Source: Carcharhinus amblyrhynchos
Lineage: Eukaryota
Assembly (NCBI GenBank): GCA_965287045.1
Contig: OZ336882.1
Coordinates: forward strand, 44,206,001 to 44,270,000
DNA length: 64,000 nt
Direction: 5' to 3'
Shown here: piece after piece, positions 12,205 to 24,633 of the stretch
How the letters are laid out: every line of letters begins with the position of its first letter
Position numbering within the stretch: position 1 is the first letter of the stretch
Program-made: the position numbers and the translations under genes
The notes under the pieces: generated by a model
What the model was told of the DNA's origin: nothing
Databases searched by the model: none
Seen by the model: only the letters and a program-made list of their open reading frames with translations

Positions 12205-13632
12205 GGTTTTACAGTTGGTCATGCTCCTTAATTAAGCATTTCCATGCAAATCTCAATACAATTTCTCTTGCACCTAGATCCAAATAATTTGCATAAATGG
12301 AAGAGAAAGTAGAATACCAGTCACAACATGATCTACTTAAAACTAATCAAAAAAATCACTTACCCTAGGTTTCTGTCTCAAGATATGGAGCTACATTCTC
12401 TTTACTACCAAGTGCTTTAACTTTTGTAGCAAATTTAATGTATGGAACTTTATTAAGAGTTTTCTGAAATTTATATGTTCAACATTTGTTGCATTCTTTT
12501 TAATGACATCTGTGATTTCCTCAAAGTAATAATTTAACAAATCATTCTACAAATATATTTTACACTGCACGAAAAGGACGAAATGCAACGTTCACTAATT
12601 TGAACAGTTCTGTAAAAAAATACTCAATTTCTTACACCAGCAATGGAATGCCACCCTACCTTTGTGACTTTATCACTGGTGAACTATTTTTCAGCTGCAA
12701 ATCCAATTACTTTATGTAGATCCTGTCTTATGTTACGGATCAGACTTTGAGTTCAAGTAACTGTTCATAGCTGAAATTACTAGACTGAAACTGAGACACT
12801 ATTCAAGATTACAATCATCAGGTCTTACCAACAAATCAACTGGTGTGGAGAATATTAGTAATTTACAACATAAATCTTTAAAAAAAAGATACCTGATGGA
12901 ACTATAAGACCCATTTTTTGAATTTCTTCTGGCAACATGCTGATCAACAGAGACATTATGTCATTTTAGAATTTTGTACTGGAAAGCTTTGGTTTTTTTT
13001 AATGAAAAGCATTGAATATTTCCTAAATATACAAAACAACATTGCTGTCAGTGATAATACTTGTGAATAGCAATGCTTGTAAGCCTGTGATTTTGCAATT
13101 ATCTTTCCGAACATAATTTTTCAAATCTAGGTTAAATATCTCTTCAGATGACAGAAAGAATTGCATGATCTTAAACCACGCTCAGTAGAAAAACATACTG
13201 TTCTGTTTTCCAACTTAGCCGAGAATGAACAGCTACATTCCAGATAGTTGACATTCAAGTTCATCAAAGCAATTTAGCTTAGAAAGATTAAAACCATCTG
13301 GCTTGTGGCACTTTTTCATTTAATTCTGCCTTATAATTGGCCATAGAGTTTAACTGTGGTTAGAAAAAATATTTTAATGTTAAACCTATGACACAGAAAC
13401 TGTTGGCTATGATACAAATCTTTGCTCCAATTCTGGGATACTATCATGCCTTTCTGGTTCAGCATAAACTCTTCAATAATATCTTCTTAAATAAACAATC
13501 ATTACTTCTTACTAATTATCACTATGATTTCTTTCCTATTTGCTCATATAATCCTTTTCTGTGAGAATAATTTCCTAGTTTCATCCTCGGCTATTCTTAC
13601 ACTATAATTTCCAGCTCTCCAGCATTGAATTT

Positions 13633-13649
13633 GGAGGGGGGGGTGGGGG

Positions 13650-13680
<31 letters not shown>

Positions 13681-13750
13681 TGGGAGGAGGGAGGGGGAGG
13701 GGGAGGACGTGCACGCAGAGGGCAAATGGAGAGTAGTGGGGTGGGGAGGG
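13633..13750 (+). repeat. (AG)13 microsatellite within a polypurine/G-run tract
   Basis: (AG)n at 13651-13676, flanked by G-runs (ggaggggggggtgggggg; gggaggagggagggggagggggagg). Confidence 0.95.
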
Positions 13751-14857
13751 ATAACCCAAAGATGCACTGAGGAATCCCTCTAGGAACTTCATTAGTAAGG
13801 GTTTACATAGCCAGAAGTGCAAACATCCTCCGGGCAATTGTCCTGTGGTGGGAACCATCCAAAAATGCAATTTAAATCACAAACTACTTTGGGTGGTCCC
13901 AATTGGGGTTATACCAATAGTCATTCAGGAAACGTTAGCAGAATTAAAACCTCTTAACTTTTGGGTAATTATCATAAAGACCAAGACCAACCCATCACGG
14001 CAATCTCCTTATTCATACCATTGACCCTCCCTCTCCCCTGAGACTCGTCCCCGTCTCCTGACTAACCACTTCTCTCCAATACCCCACTGTTCAACCCCTC
14101 TATGGGATTCCCAGCCGCATCCCCCCCCCCTCCCCCACCCATCCACACTGGCCACCACAGGTCTTTGTTCCCACACTCGTCCAAGTGGAAGCTCAGCACA
14201 TCTGATTAACTCGTATCAATGGATTTCCTCCAAGATTCCTTTAGTGACATGTTTTCTGAATATTTATTCTTCTTGCCACTCAAATAAAAGTGATTAGCAA
14301 AGTATAAGCCAGCAGTCTTACAAAAGGAATAAGTACAGTAAATAATAAGCAACGAAATATTCCATCAGGTCAAGGATGGAAATATTTTAAAATATCATGG
14401 CAACGACTGGAGCCTTTATCCAAAAAAATGGATATATATATGCCATTACCACTTATTTTGCCATGAAGGAGGACAAAGAGGAGAAAGAAGATAGAGAAAA
14501 GATGCACAACTCATCGCAGAAACTATCCCAATAGAGGTGAGGATTGGGGCCACATGCTCACGAAGCAAGTTATGCCTGGGCAATGAGACCTGAAATCACA
14601 CCTCACCACCTATCAAACTCTACAAGTGGCTATGAAAAATCACCATTACCATTAACCTATATACCACAGATACTTGTCAAACCTCCACAAAGAACGTTGC
14701 AGAGCCAGATAAATTGGACATCTAAAATGTCATTATCCTTATATACTTCTTGATCTTCACATTGTTTGTCTAAACATGTACTACAAGTAAGGTCGTAAAT
14801 TGGTGGAATAAAATTAATTCCATAGCCAAGTGGTAGGGCGTATGGGACTTTTAAAAT

Positions 14858-15205
14858 ATTATTAATTTATAATGTGGGTGTCACTGACTGGGGCAGCATT
14901 TGTTGTCCTTCCCTAACTGCCCTCCATTTCAGAGGGCATTTGAGAGTCAACTACATTGCTGTAGATCTGGAATCACATGTATGCCAGACCAGGTAAGGAC
15001 AGTAGATTGCCTTCCCGAATAGGAATTAGTGAACCAGATGGGTTTTTAACAGCAATTGACAATGGTTTCATGATCATCATTAGACTTAATTCCAAATTTT
15101 TATTAAATTCAAATCTTAACATACGTCATGGGGGGATTTGAATCCAGATACCCATATCTCGCTCTGGGATTCTGAGTTACTAATCCAATGACAGCGCCAC
15201 TGCCT
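14858..15205 (-). mobile_element. tRNA-derived SINE (possibly MetaSINE-type) sharing its 3' tail with the L2/Crack-like LINE
   Basis: Core gagtcaactacattgctgtagatctggaatcacatgtatgccagaccaggtaaggac...gtgaaccagatggg; head gggatttgaatcc. Homologous copies at 16545, 45810 and 47265. Confidence 0.8.
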
Positions 15206-15608
15206 GTTTATGTGTCTAATCCTAATTGAGTTATATCAATGCCAGATGTTTCCTTGGCTGAAGTGCTCTAGATGATGGCTGGAGGTTTCCACGATGACAA
15301 TGACATGAGATCTGCTGTGATTCTTCATCATAATGTACACTACTTTTAGCTCTTGGAAGCCTAACACCCAATTCTCCATGTAAATATTACTTGTCACCAT
15401 GTTATGCTGCGTCAGCCTCCTTAGAAACCAGGCATATTAATGTCCTTGTATAGCTCAGGGGTGGTAATCAGCATGTTCGAATTCCACCTTGTACCACGTA
15501 GCTTCCATCATTTTCCACCGCTGCTCACCCATTAGCAACAGTGATTTGTACCTTACATTATGCTTCCTCTTCAACCTCATTGACTTTTTTGTCTATAGTA
15601 CATTTAAA

Positions 15609-16373
15609 CAGGGCAAGGGAAGGATTGGGAGGGAAGGGAGTACGGAGAGTTATTTGGCCTGGATGTCAAGCTTAGAGGGGGCCTCAAATTTAGACACCTG
15701 TTAATTTTTGGCATTTGATAATTTTCGTAACCTGTTTTTATATGCATAACGAAATAATTTAGGAAAAGAAAATGTTTTGCTGTTCCATATTGTACATCAG
15801 GCAGTGACTGCACAGCCTATCCTACTGGCGCATAAAGGAGTGTGTAAGTACATGCATACATTAAGAGAGCAGAGCTAGGACACAGCTGTCGTACTATTCT
15901 GGATAGTTAGTCCTAAGAATGAAAACACACTGTTCTGGATCACATGTTGAGGGAATTGCTTCAAGAAATACTTGAACTTGGACGCTCTTGGGTGTTTCCT
16001 AATATCACAACTGCAGTGCATACTTTTTTTTATCATCAGTTTGCCTGTATCAGCGGTTTCAGGTAAATACACTTTCAATGCATGGAAGCAGATAAACAAC
16101 TATCTCCACTCAACTATGGGACAAGATCATTTGAACAGTCTCACCATGCTTAATATCAACCGTGACATTGCACAAAAACTAGATTTCTTTCCTCAATAAT
16201 TTGTGTCTTTGCACAGAAAAAGGCTAGAACAGTATTTATTAAATTTTAAAAAAAGTCAAATTGTCTCTCCTTTTTTTCTGTTTTTTTTTCATGTATCTTC
16301 ATTTTTTTTATTATGGCTAGGGGTTTCAAAAGCTGGAAGTGGCCCAGGCCTCTCTGGACCTCTGAGAGGGCCT
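15609..16373 (+). mobile_element. hAT DNA transposon fossil (C-terminal dimerisation domain)
   Basis: ORF 15972-16199 contains ISLPVSAVSGKYTFNAWKQINNYLHSTMGQDHLNSLTMLNINRDIAQKLDF, matching the hAT motif LPVSxAxxERSFSxLKxIKNYLRSTMGQxRLxxLxxL. Element ends are approximate. Confidence 0.8.
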
Positions 16374-16544
16374 ACATTTAACACCAGTATTATATGAAAG
16401 AGCTGCTGATGGCTAATTGTCTTCAGATGTACATTATGGATCAGTGAACACACTTGCTTTGTTGAGAGAGATTGAATTATAAGAATATATTTTACAGTAC
16501 CCTGATAGATGTGGGTTTGTCATAACTGGGACAAATATGTCTTT

Positions 16545-16905
16545 TTTTATTCATTCATAGGAATCAAGTGTTGCTGGTAATGCTAACATTTATTGCCCAT
16601 CTCTTCACAACGGAGAGCTCATAAGGTCATTTCAGAGGATAGTTAAGAGTCAGCCATATTGCTCCGAGTCTGTGAAAGGACAACAGATTTTCTTTCTGAA
16701 AGGACAGTAGTGAAAGAGAGTGGTTTTTGAAACAATTCAGCAGTATCATGGTAACCATTATTGACACCGACTATTTCTTCCAGGTTTATTTTTAAATAAT
16801 TGAATTTAAAATTCCCCAGCTGCTGTAGTGGGATTTTAATTCATGTTACTGGATCAATAGTCCAAATCTCTAGATCACTAGTCCAATAACATAACCACTA
16901 AGCCC
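16545..16905 (-). mobile_element. Degenerate tRNA-derived SINE (same family as 14858-15205)
   Basis: ttattcattcat...catttattgcccatc...ttaagagtcagccatattgct...ataaccacta. Confidence 0.7.
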
Positions 16906-18285
16906 CAAAGGTTAAAATAACATACAACTTCAGAAGCATAGAATGATTAATATGGTGCGTGCCAATGATTCTTCGCACCTCTAATCACCACTATTCCAAT
17001 GTTGTCTAGACTTTCCTTCCGAAATAAGCTATTCTTTCATCAAAGGTAATGCATTCATTATTGGATAGAGAGTACAGCAGCTGCTGCCTGTTGGTCTTTT
17101 AAACTACAGAAGCAAGATCTGGCTGATGGAAATCCCTAATTATCTACTATCGTAGTATGCGTGATGTATTTGCATATCATTGACACTTTAATGTTGATTA
17201 TCTTATTACGTCCCTGTAACATCTCTCTAGATCAGTGTAATTTTTTTTTATTTCAGTTGTATCTTATGTTGCCTTGCTTTCTTGAAAGAAAACATGGAAT
17301 TTCTGCTGGACCTCTCACAAGGTTCTCCAGTCACTGGGCCTTTGATGACTTTTTCTGAGGCAAATTACTTGGCTTCTTTGTTTCACTGAGCACTACTCAA
17401 CCTCAGCCAAACAGCATGCCCAGCGACTGATTGGTAAACTGGCCTTTTTAAACTGGGCAATTTTCAATTAATTTTTCACAGTTTTCGTAACAAGCTTTTC
17501 AATGTTTAGATCAGTTCTATTAGTTATGCCTTATTATTAAAGCATCATTATGACAGATATGTTTGTATTTGACTTTGTGGGGTAGGTCAATTTTGTGCAA
17601 TTGTGTTAATCATGTTTTATTGAGTCAGAAGCCTGTTTTACATCGATCCCAGTTTTTAAAAGTCGGCAGTACTGTAAAGTGTGCTGATATCTGCCCTTTC
17701 ATATGATATGCTTGAAATCAAGACTTACCTCAGTGTTTTCTTGTTCCCTTACAAAATTGTGTTCTCATGAAGCACAGCGTTTCACAAGTTCTTTTGGTGT
17801 TTGCTAATTTTCACTTAATCAAACAGAGAAAAAAAAAGTAGCCGTGTAAGTCATCAGAAACAAACATTTAAACGGTGCCTGTATTATATCCATGGACATT
17901 TCTACTGCAGTCCCGGAATGGGCAAAGGAGTTTAGTTTTTTTTTTATTGTTCATTTTGCAGTTCCAAGTGCTAAATTCATTTTGGCCAAACTGCCTGGAT
18001 GCAGAGCAGTTTTTGAATGAATCCAGTCCTACCACTTCTCAGGAAACAGTTACAGCTTAAATGAGGGGGAAAAAAATGCCCAAAGCAAAGGTATCATTTT
18101 GACCCCTTGCAGAGAAACGTTTCAAAGTTAGACTGAGCTTTTTAAGTTTAACATGTTATACCCTTTACAAGTCGTGGTATTCTAATTTATCCCAGCAAAA
18201 ACCACAAATTCCTTAGATCTTTTGGCATGTTTCCAATAACATGATTAAGGCACTCTGAATCACAGTTACTGGAAACTGGCTTTTA

Positions 18286-18295
18286 CCATATATGG
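18286..18295. promoter_or_regulatory. Perfect CArG box (candidate SRF site)
   Basis: CCATATATGG matches CC(A/T)6GG and lies in unique sequence. Function not demonstrated. Confidence 0.3.
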
Positions 18296-21200
18296 AACTG
18301 ATTTTCTTTCGGAGAATGGAAAAAAAGTAATGGTATTTTAAGTTAACATTAAACTTTGTATGAGATCACCAATATTCAGCCTTAATATCAGAACCAGACT
18401 TTTTATTGCATTTTGTATAATCTATCTTTTTTTTGCAAAATAATTTGCGCTCTTTCTATGTCTTATAAATTAGAACAGTGAATGATTTGATCCTGATTTA
18501 ATGAACATAAAAGGAAATTAAATAATAATTTGTTACTTATTTAGGCATGTACTCTGCAGCCTTGTTAGCCAAAAATGTTATTTATAAGCAGATTGTGTGT
18601 TTAAAAAATAGTTACCGTTATAATTACTATTTAAGGAAGGGAAACTGGGGCTTGGAAACAATAAGTAAATGAAAAGGAATGTGTTTATCGAGGATCAAAA
18701 CTTGATAAACTGTATCTGGATGTATTAACTGTATGCAAAACAAGTAATTGCAGTTATGCAGGAGAAATTTCAATGCAAATTTCCAGCTAGTACATTTCAC
18801 GTTGACAGATTGACTCTGATTGAGAAATTGATAAATGAATTCAGTAAGGAACACAAATGAAGATCTTTGAACGTAAATTATTTGGCTTAAAATTTGACTT
18901 TATCATTTTCAGCGCTGGAGTTATTTTCAAAATGAAACATCTTGCAGATGTTTCGTGATCAAAAACACACTCCAAGCTGCACAGGGAATTTAACATTCCG
19001 AGCACTCTGCTTTACTACTAATCACTTTTGTGTGTAGGCGTAGGATGCAATTTTGAATTTGTAGTTGCATAAAGAATGTTTCGTGTCCGACTAGTTACTA
19101 TGAGGACACTAGCCAGTGGGAAAATTTTGCCTTCATGAATTATATTATGTATAAATTATGTAATGCACAGACAGAATCCTAATAGTTATGATATACAGCC
19201 AATCAAGTGTCTTTGTTGGAATATGGGTTTGCTACTTCATGGCTTGATTTTTTCCTCCAATTCCAGACTGTTCTCAGAATATATCACAATTCTTTTTGTA
19301 AAATGAAAACTTCGACCCTAAGTTGCATAGCTGACACTGAAAGCATTCAGGAAAATGGGTTAGTAAATACTAGAATACATTATTTAGCCTTTATTACCAA
19401 CTGTTTTTGTGAGTTATTAGATTGGGACAACTTATGAAAGTGTCGATCTACATATCTACGCTATTACTTTACCACAAAGTAGTTAGTATTTGCTGTGCAA
19501 AATCTTACAGAAAGTCTCATTAGCAGGCCAACAGACTAAGCACAAGGTTTAAACTCATGTAGAAAAACATCCACTGTTAAAGCAATAATTCACCATGGAG
19601 AACAAACTCTGGTATTTACATCAAAATGGATGCCTCAGGAAGAAACAAACATAACTAGATGTTACTCCTTCTTGATGTAATTGAGGCCAGATTGTAATAT
19701 TTTAAATCAGTTTGCATAACTTGGTGATATAAAATGCTTCAGGAAAGAATACCTACTGGGAAATCTCAGATCAAATATTTGAAAAATGATATTTCTCAGA
19801 TCTGTAAGCGAGGATTATATCCATGGTTCACTTTAAAATTCACACATTTGACTAAACGTTATTGCAGCCTGCTTTCAATGAATACCAAATATTTATATTT
19901 AGACATCATACAGCTGAATCTTCTTACAATAATTTGTTATTTTGACCATGCCTTGTGTTCTGCCCCACAGCTGATGCTAACTCAAACCTTAGATTTGAGA
20001 GACTTGAGCCACTTAGCAGATTATCTTTGCAGTAACCTCCCCAATGCAAGCCACAATGAAAACCAAAGCTCTGCCCTTTACATGGGATGACCACCTGCAC
20101 CCACAGGCATCATGTACTCACCCTGAACAGCCAGCACTCCAGTGTCCACTTGTCAATTCTGTCTGGAATGGGAGCTGTATACCAAGATGGGAATAACCCC
20201 ATTGAGTTAGTTACTCCACCTGAACCTGGAAATAAACAGTATTTAGAGATGAGATTCTAGCCTTTACTCAGGCCTTTCCGTAGTGGGGTTTTAACCTCTT
20301 ACTTTCTGACTTAGAGATGGAAAATCAGCACAAAGCCAAAGTATTCCTCCAAACTATTATTCCATACTTATCATAAGAAATGTTTGGGCCTGTCTGTCAT
20401 AATCAAAGAAGCTCAATTTGTTGATAAGATGAACTTTCTTTAAGAACTTTATTGTTATATGACATTCATCAGTTTTATACAGTGAGATAGCACTCAACAT
20501 TCTGCTTTTTATAATCAAAAGTATATATCAGATGTGCCCCAAATCTTTCATGGCTTTAAGCTACCATATGAATAAAAGTCATTTGAAATTTGGACCAATA
20601 TGATAACTAGAGTGCTGTCTTAAGATGCATTCATTCTGAGTTAAAACTTAGGTGTTCAGTTCCAGTAATTCTGTTTTATGCTAGTTCTCTCCTCCTACCA
20701 GGATCTCATTTCCAGTCTGACACTTACCCTAACTCCCTTGGTGATCGCCAATTTGATCCAATCATCGGTCAAACGAATGACAAAAGATTTGTTTTCCTGT
20801 GCAGCTGAAATGTCACAGACAAAATCCTCAGTTTTGTTACACATGCATGTTACATGGATGCAGAGTGAGTCACATTAACAACATGTGTGGCTGTGAACAT
20901 TGCTTTGATTGTCTTTGTAATTTTTATTAAAAGTCATCTAACAAGATTTTGCTTACTTGTTGGAACAATATGCAGTATTTCAGAATTTCTTTAAAGAGTT
21001 GCTTAATTTTCATCCAAAGATGACAAGTCATAAATAGGAAAGAATAAACTTTCTCTGGAATGGTAAATTGTTGGTGTTCCCCTAATTGTCCAACAGAGTT
21101 AGAATTCCCATGTGATATAGCATATGAGTTATGAGTCTTTCACTTTTCTTGGTAGATCTAAATTAGAAGGTGCAAAGCATTGAAACTCCCTTGTCCCTCC

Positions 21201-23356
21201 AGAGAAAAGAAAAACTAGATTGCTACATGATCCATCCAAATAACAGTAACAATGTTAGTTATTTAACACTGACTGTGCTGATTTACCATGGGCAGAGATA
21301 AATTTATCATTCACCACCGCACTGTCATTTACTTTGGATGTGCGCTCCCTGCCTGAGGGTTGCAAGATTTAAGGTCCCTGCTCCTTCAACCTCATCTCTT
21401 AAATTCACTTGTCAGACTTTCCAATGATTCCTAAGCCTGCTCTGAGAAATTAAGGTAATCTAGTAAATTAGAGTAGTAAATTTGCAATAGAAACGTATTG
21501 CTATAGCTCATTTGTCAGGTAATTCTTAGAAGTTTAGCCTTCTGCATTTATTGTACCTCAATTGCGTATAGTTGCATTCAGAATTAACTAGGGTCTCACC
21601 ATTGCTCATACACTTAGTAGCAGGCTGAAAGTGTATTTGGAGATGCACAGTATTTAACTTGTGTTTCTCTAAATAAGAGCTTAGTCCCAGTTTCCTATTC
21701 TTCACAGTCCGGTTATCTGGATTTTAACATACTATGTCATCTTGTAAGTTATACAAAGGAATGTGCTTCATGGCAACTGAATAAATCCTCTAGGCTGTGG
21801 GTTTTCTTTACTTGACAATCTTAGATATAGAAGTGCACACATATGGGGCTGACATTTCACCCAGGAGCAGAGTTGGGAAAACTCCCTCAGAAAGCTAACT
21901 AAGAAGAAAATGGGCTAATTTTCATTCCATTGAGAGGAGAGGTTGGAGATGTGGGGGGTGGGGGGCAGGGGAGGGGTGGAGGCAGGTGTTCAAAGTGGTC
22001 ATGCCCGCTGTCTTCAAACACTCCACTCAGTGTTGAGGCAGATAGGGCAATAGGCTGGGATTAAGTGAACCAGCACTTTATGCCAGCTGCAAAATAATCT
22101 GGAAAAAAAGCCCTCACCTCCCCTCACCCACCACATGGGTACTGTGCACTATCCATGCCAATCCATACAACCACATGCTCCCACCCCCTCCCCTACTTTA
22201 ACACGTACAGCTGCCTCCATGAACCATGGATGTACAAAATACCAGCCATCCCCGCCCTCCCACCAACTCTGCACCCCTGGTGAAAATGCAGGTGCCTGGT
22301 TCAGAGTGGGATTTCTGGGATTGGGCATTCAATGCCATTTGGGATATGCTGGAGGTTTTCTCCCTTGTTGCAAAAATTCAGCAATGCTCTTTGTCTAACT
22401 TGAGAATGGTATTGGAAATACTCTAATTCTCAGTTGGGGAAAAAAACAAGCCAACACATCTGAGGGATGACAAATACATTCATTAGAAATTGCAGGTAGA
22501 CTGGAGATCCTTTGATCCATAGCCTCATTTATGTTGAGTTAATGAGAAAGGAAATATATGAGGAAGGATTATCTTCCATCCGTGCAGCTGGTTGTGAAAA
22601 GCTACCTCGAGCTTTAAGAAATGTTTTATCTCAATTGTTAATGAAGGTTTAAAGTTGTTTGCAACAAAAATGAACGTTGGCCATTTACCAGCTCAACATT
22701 TTTGTGCTGTCTCTTCTGGGATTAAGAGCTCTAGATATAATTGATATTGGCAGAGCAGAATAACACATTAAAAAGTGATTTAAGTACAACACAGTAATGT
22801 AGTTTATGAGTCTCATGATCAAAAAGATTTCACATGAAACATGTTCTCTATTCTAATTGAACTATGATGAAATCATAGGAAGTTTTGGCGATTTCAAAAG
22901 CAGTGAAGATGTCTTCTCTAACTTCCCCCCCATATCCAAAAATTCCTTCTCCTTATTTTCGTGTTACTATATGAAAATGTATATTTTCAACATTATGGCT
23001 GTTGGTTGCTTGTGAAACACTTTTTTAATGATCTACATATCTTTAAGCCATCATTTTACTGCCCAATAAATTATCTAATACTAATAAAACATTCATCTAT
23101 CCTGCGAAAATAATTAACAATTAAATGAATAGCCAACACTCTCTTATTTTAAGTTGAATTGATTGGAAAAGTATGGATTTTGTTTGGTATCGTTAGCTTG
23201 AAAGATCTTTCCACTTCATTGCTCATTTATTATAGTATCATTCATATGGCTTTATCACACACTGAATGGATTCAGCTTCTGGTAAGTATTAATTTAAAAA
23301 AGAGCAAACTTCAGTATCATTAAATTGAGGTTATCGCAAGAGATTTGTTAGATATT

Positions 23357-24316
23357 AACATAGAACATAGAACACTACAGCACAAACAGGCCCTTCGGCC
23401 CACGAGTTGCGCCGATCACATCAACACCTACCAATCCATAGACCTATCTATAACCCCCAATCCCACTAAATCCCATATGCTCATCCAGAAGTCTTTTAAA
23501 AGACCCCAGCGAGTTCGCCTCCACCACCACTGATGGCAGCCGATTCCATTCACTCACCACCCTCTGAGTGAAAAACTTACCCCTAACATCACTTCTGTAC
23601 TTGCCTCCCCGCACCTTAAATCTGTGTCCTCTCGTAGCGACCATTTCAACCCGGGGAAATAGCCTCTGAGAATCCACCCTATCTATTCCTCTCAACATTT
23701 TATAAACCTCTATCAGGTCGCCTCTCAACCTTCATCTCTCCAGGGAGAAGAGTCCCAGCTCCCTCAACCTATCTTCATGAGGCATGCCTCCCAATCCAGG
23801 CAACATTCTTGTAAATCTCCTCTGTACCCTTTCAATAGCTTCTACGTCCTTCCTATAGTGAGGCGACCAGTACTCCAAGTGAGGCCTGACAAGGATCTTA
23901 TAAAGTTGCAGCATTACCTCCCGACTCCTAAACTCAATCCCTCGATTAATGAAGGCCAGTACACCATACGCCTTCTTGACCACATCCTCCACCTGCGAGG
24001 CCGATTTAAGAGTCCTGTGGACCCGGACCCCAAGATCCTTCTGCTCTTCGACACTGCTAAGACTCCTGCCCTTGATAGTGTACTCGTTCATCCCGTTGGT
24101 CCTGCCATAATGGACGACTACACATTTATCCGCGTTGAAGTCCATCTGCCACTTCTCCGCCCAGTCCTGCATCCTATTTATGTCCTGCTGCAACTTCTGA
24201 CATCCTTCCAGACCATCTACAACACCACCGACTTTCGTGTCATCGGCGAACTTACTAACCCATCCCTCCACTTCCTCATCTAGGTCATTTATGAAAATGA
24301 CAAACAGCAAGGGTCC
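23357..24316 (-). mobile_element. CR1/HER1 LINE, 5'-truncated, young; RT C-terminal half and 3' UTR
   Basis: ORFs 23732-24334 (LGPLLFVIFINDLD...SKFADDTK...RVQRRFTRMLPG) and 23444-23728 (RGDLIEVYK...FFTQRVV..WNRLP); 3' tail (ttctatg)n; flanking direct repeat tagatatt at 23349 and 24317. Confidence 0.97.
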
Positions 24317-24344
24317 TAGATATTGACATGTCACTCTTCAGATA

Positions 24345-24633
24345 GTGCACATGGCACAGTGGTTTGCATGCTGCCTCAAAGTGCCAGTGATCTGGACTTG
24401 ATTCCCAGCTTGGGTCACTGTGTGGAATCTGCATGTTCTTCCCTGGTCTGCATGGGTTCCCCTGGTGCTCCAGCTTCCTTCCACAGTCTGAAAGACATGC
24501 TGGTTAGGTACTAAATTCTCCCTCCGTATACCCAAACAGGCACTGCAGTGTGGCGACTGGAAGGATTTTCACAGTAACTTAATTGCAGTGTTAATGTAAG
24601 CCTACTTGTGACACTAATAAATAGTAAACTTTA
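24345..24633 (+). mobile_element. V-SINE (HE1-related), 'B' subfamily with non-CR1 tail
   Basis: tRNA head ggcacagtggtt..., V-domain tgtggaatctgcatgttct...gggttcccctggtgctccagcttccttccacagtc, tail ttcacagtaactt...cctacttgtgacactaataaa. Confidence 0.9.

Noticed and set aside
12752-12773. ttcaagtaa start resembling miR-26
   Set aside because: Only the first 9 nt match and there is no supporting hairpin. The same applies to tggaatgt at 9121 versus miR-1/206.
14340-14800. Possible decayed Harbinger-type coding remnant
   Set aside because: No diagnostic motif could be recovered by eye.
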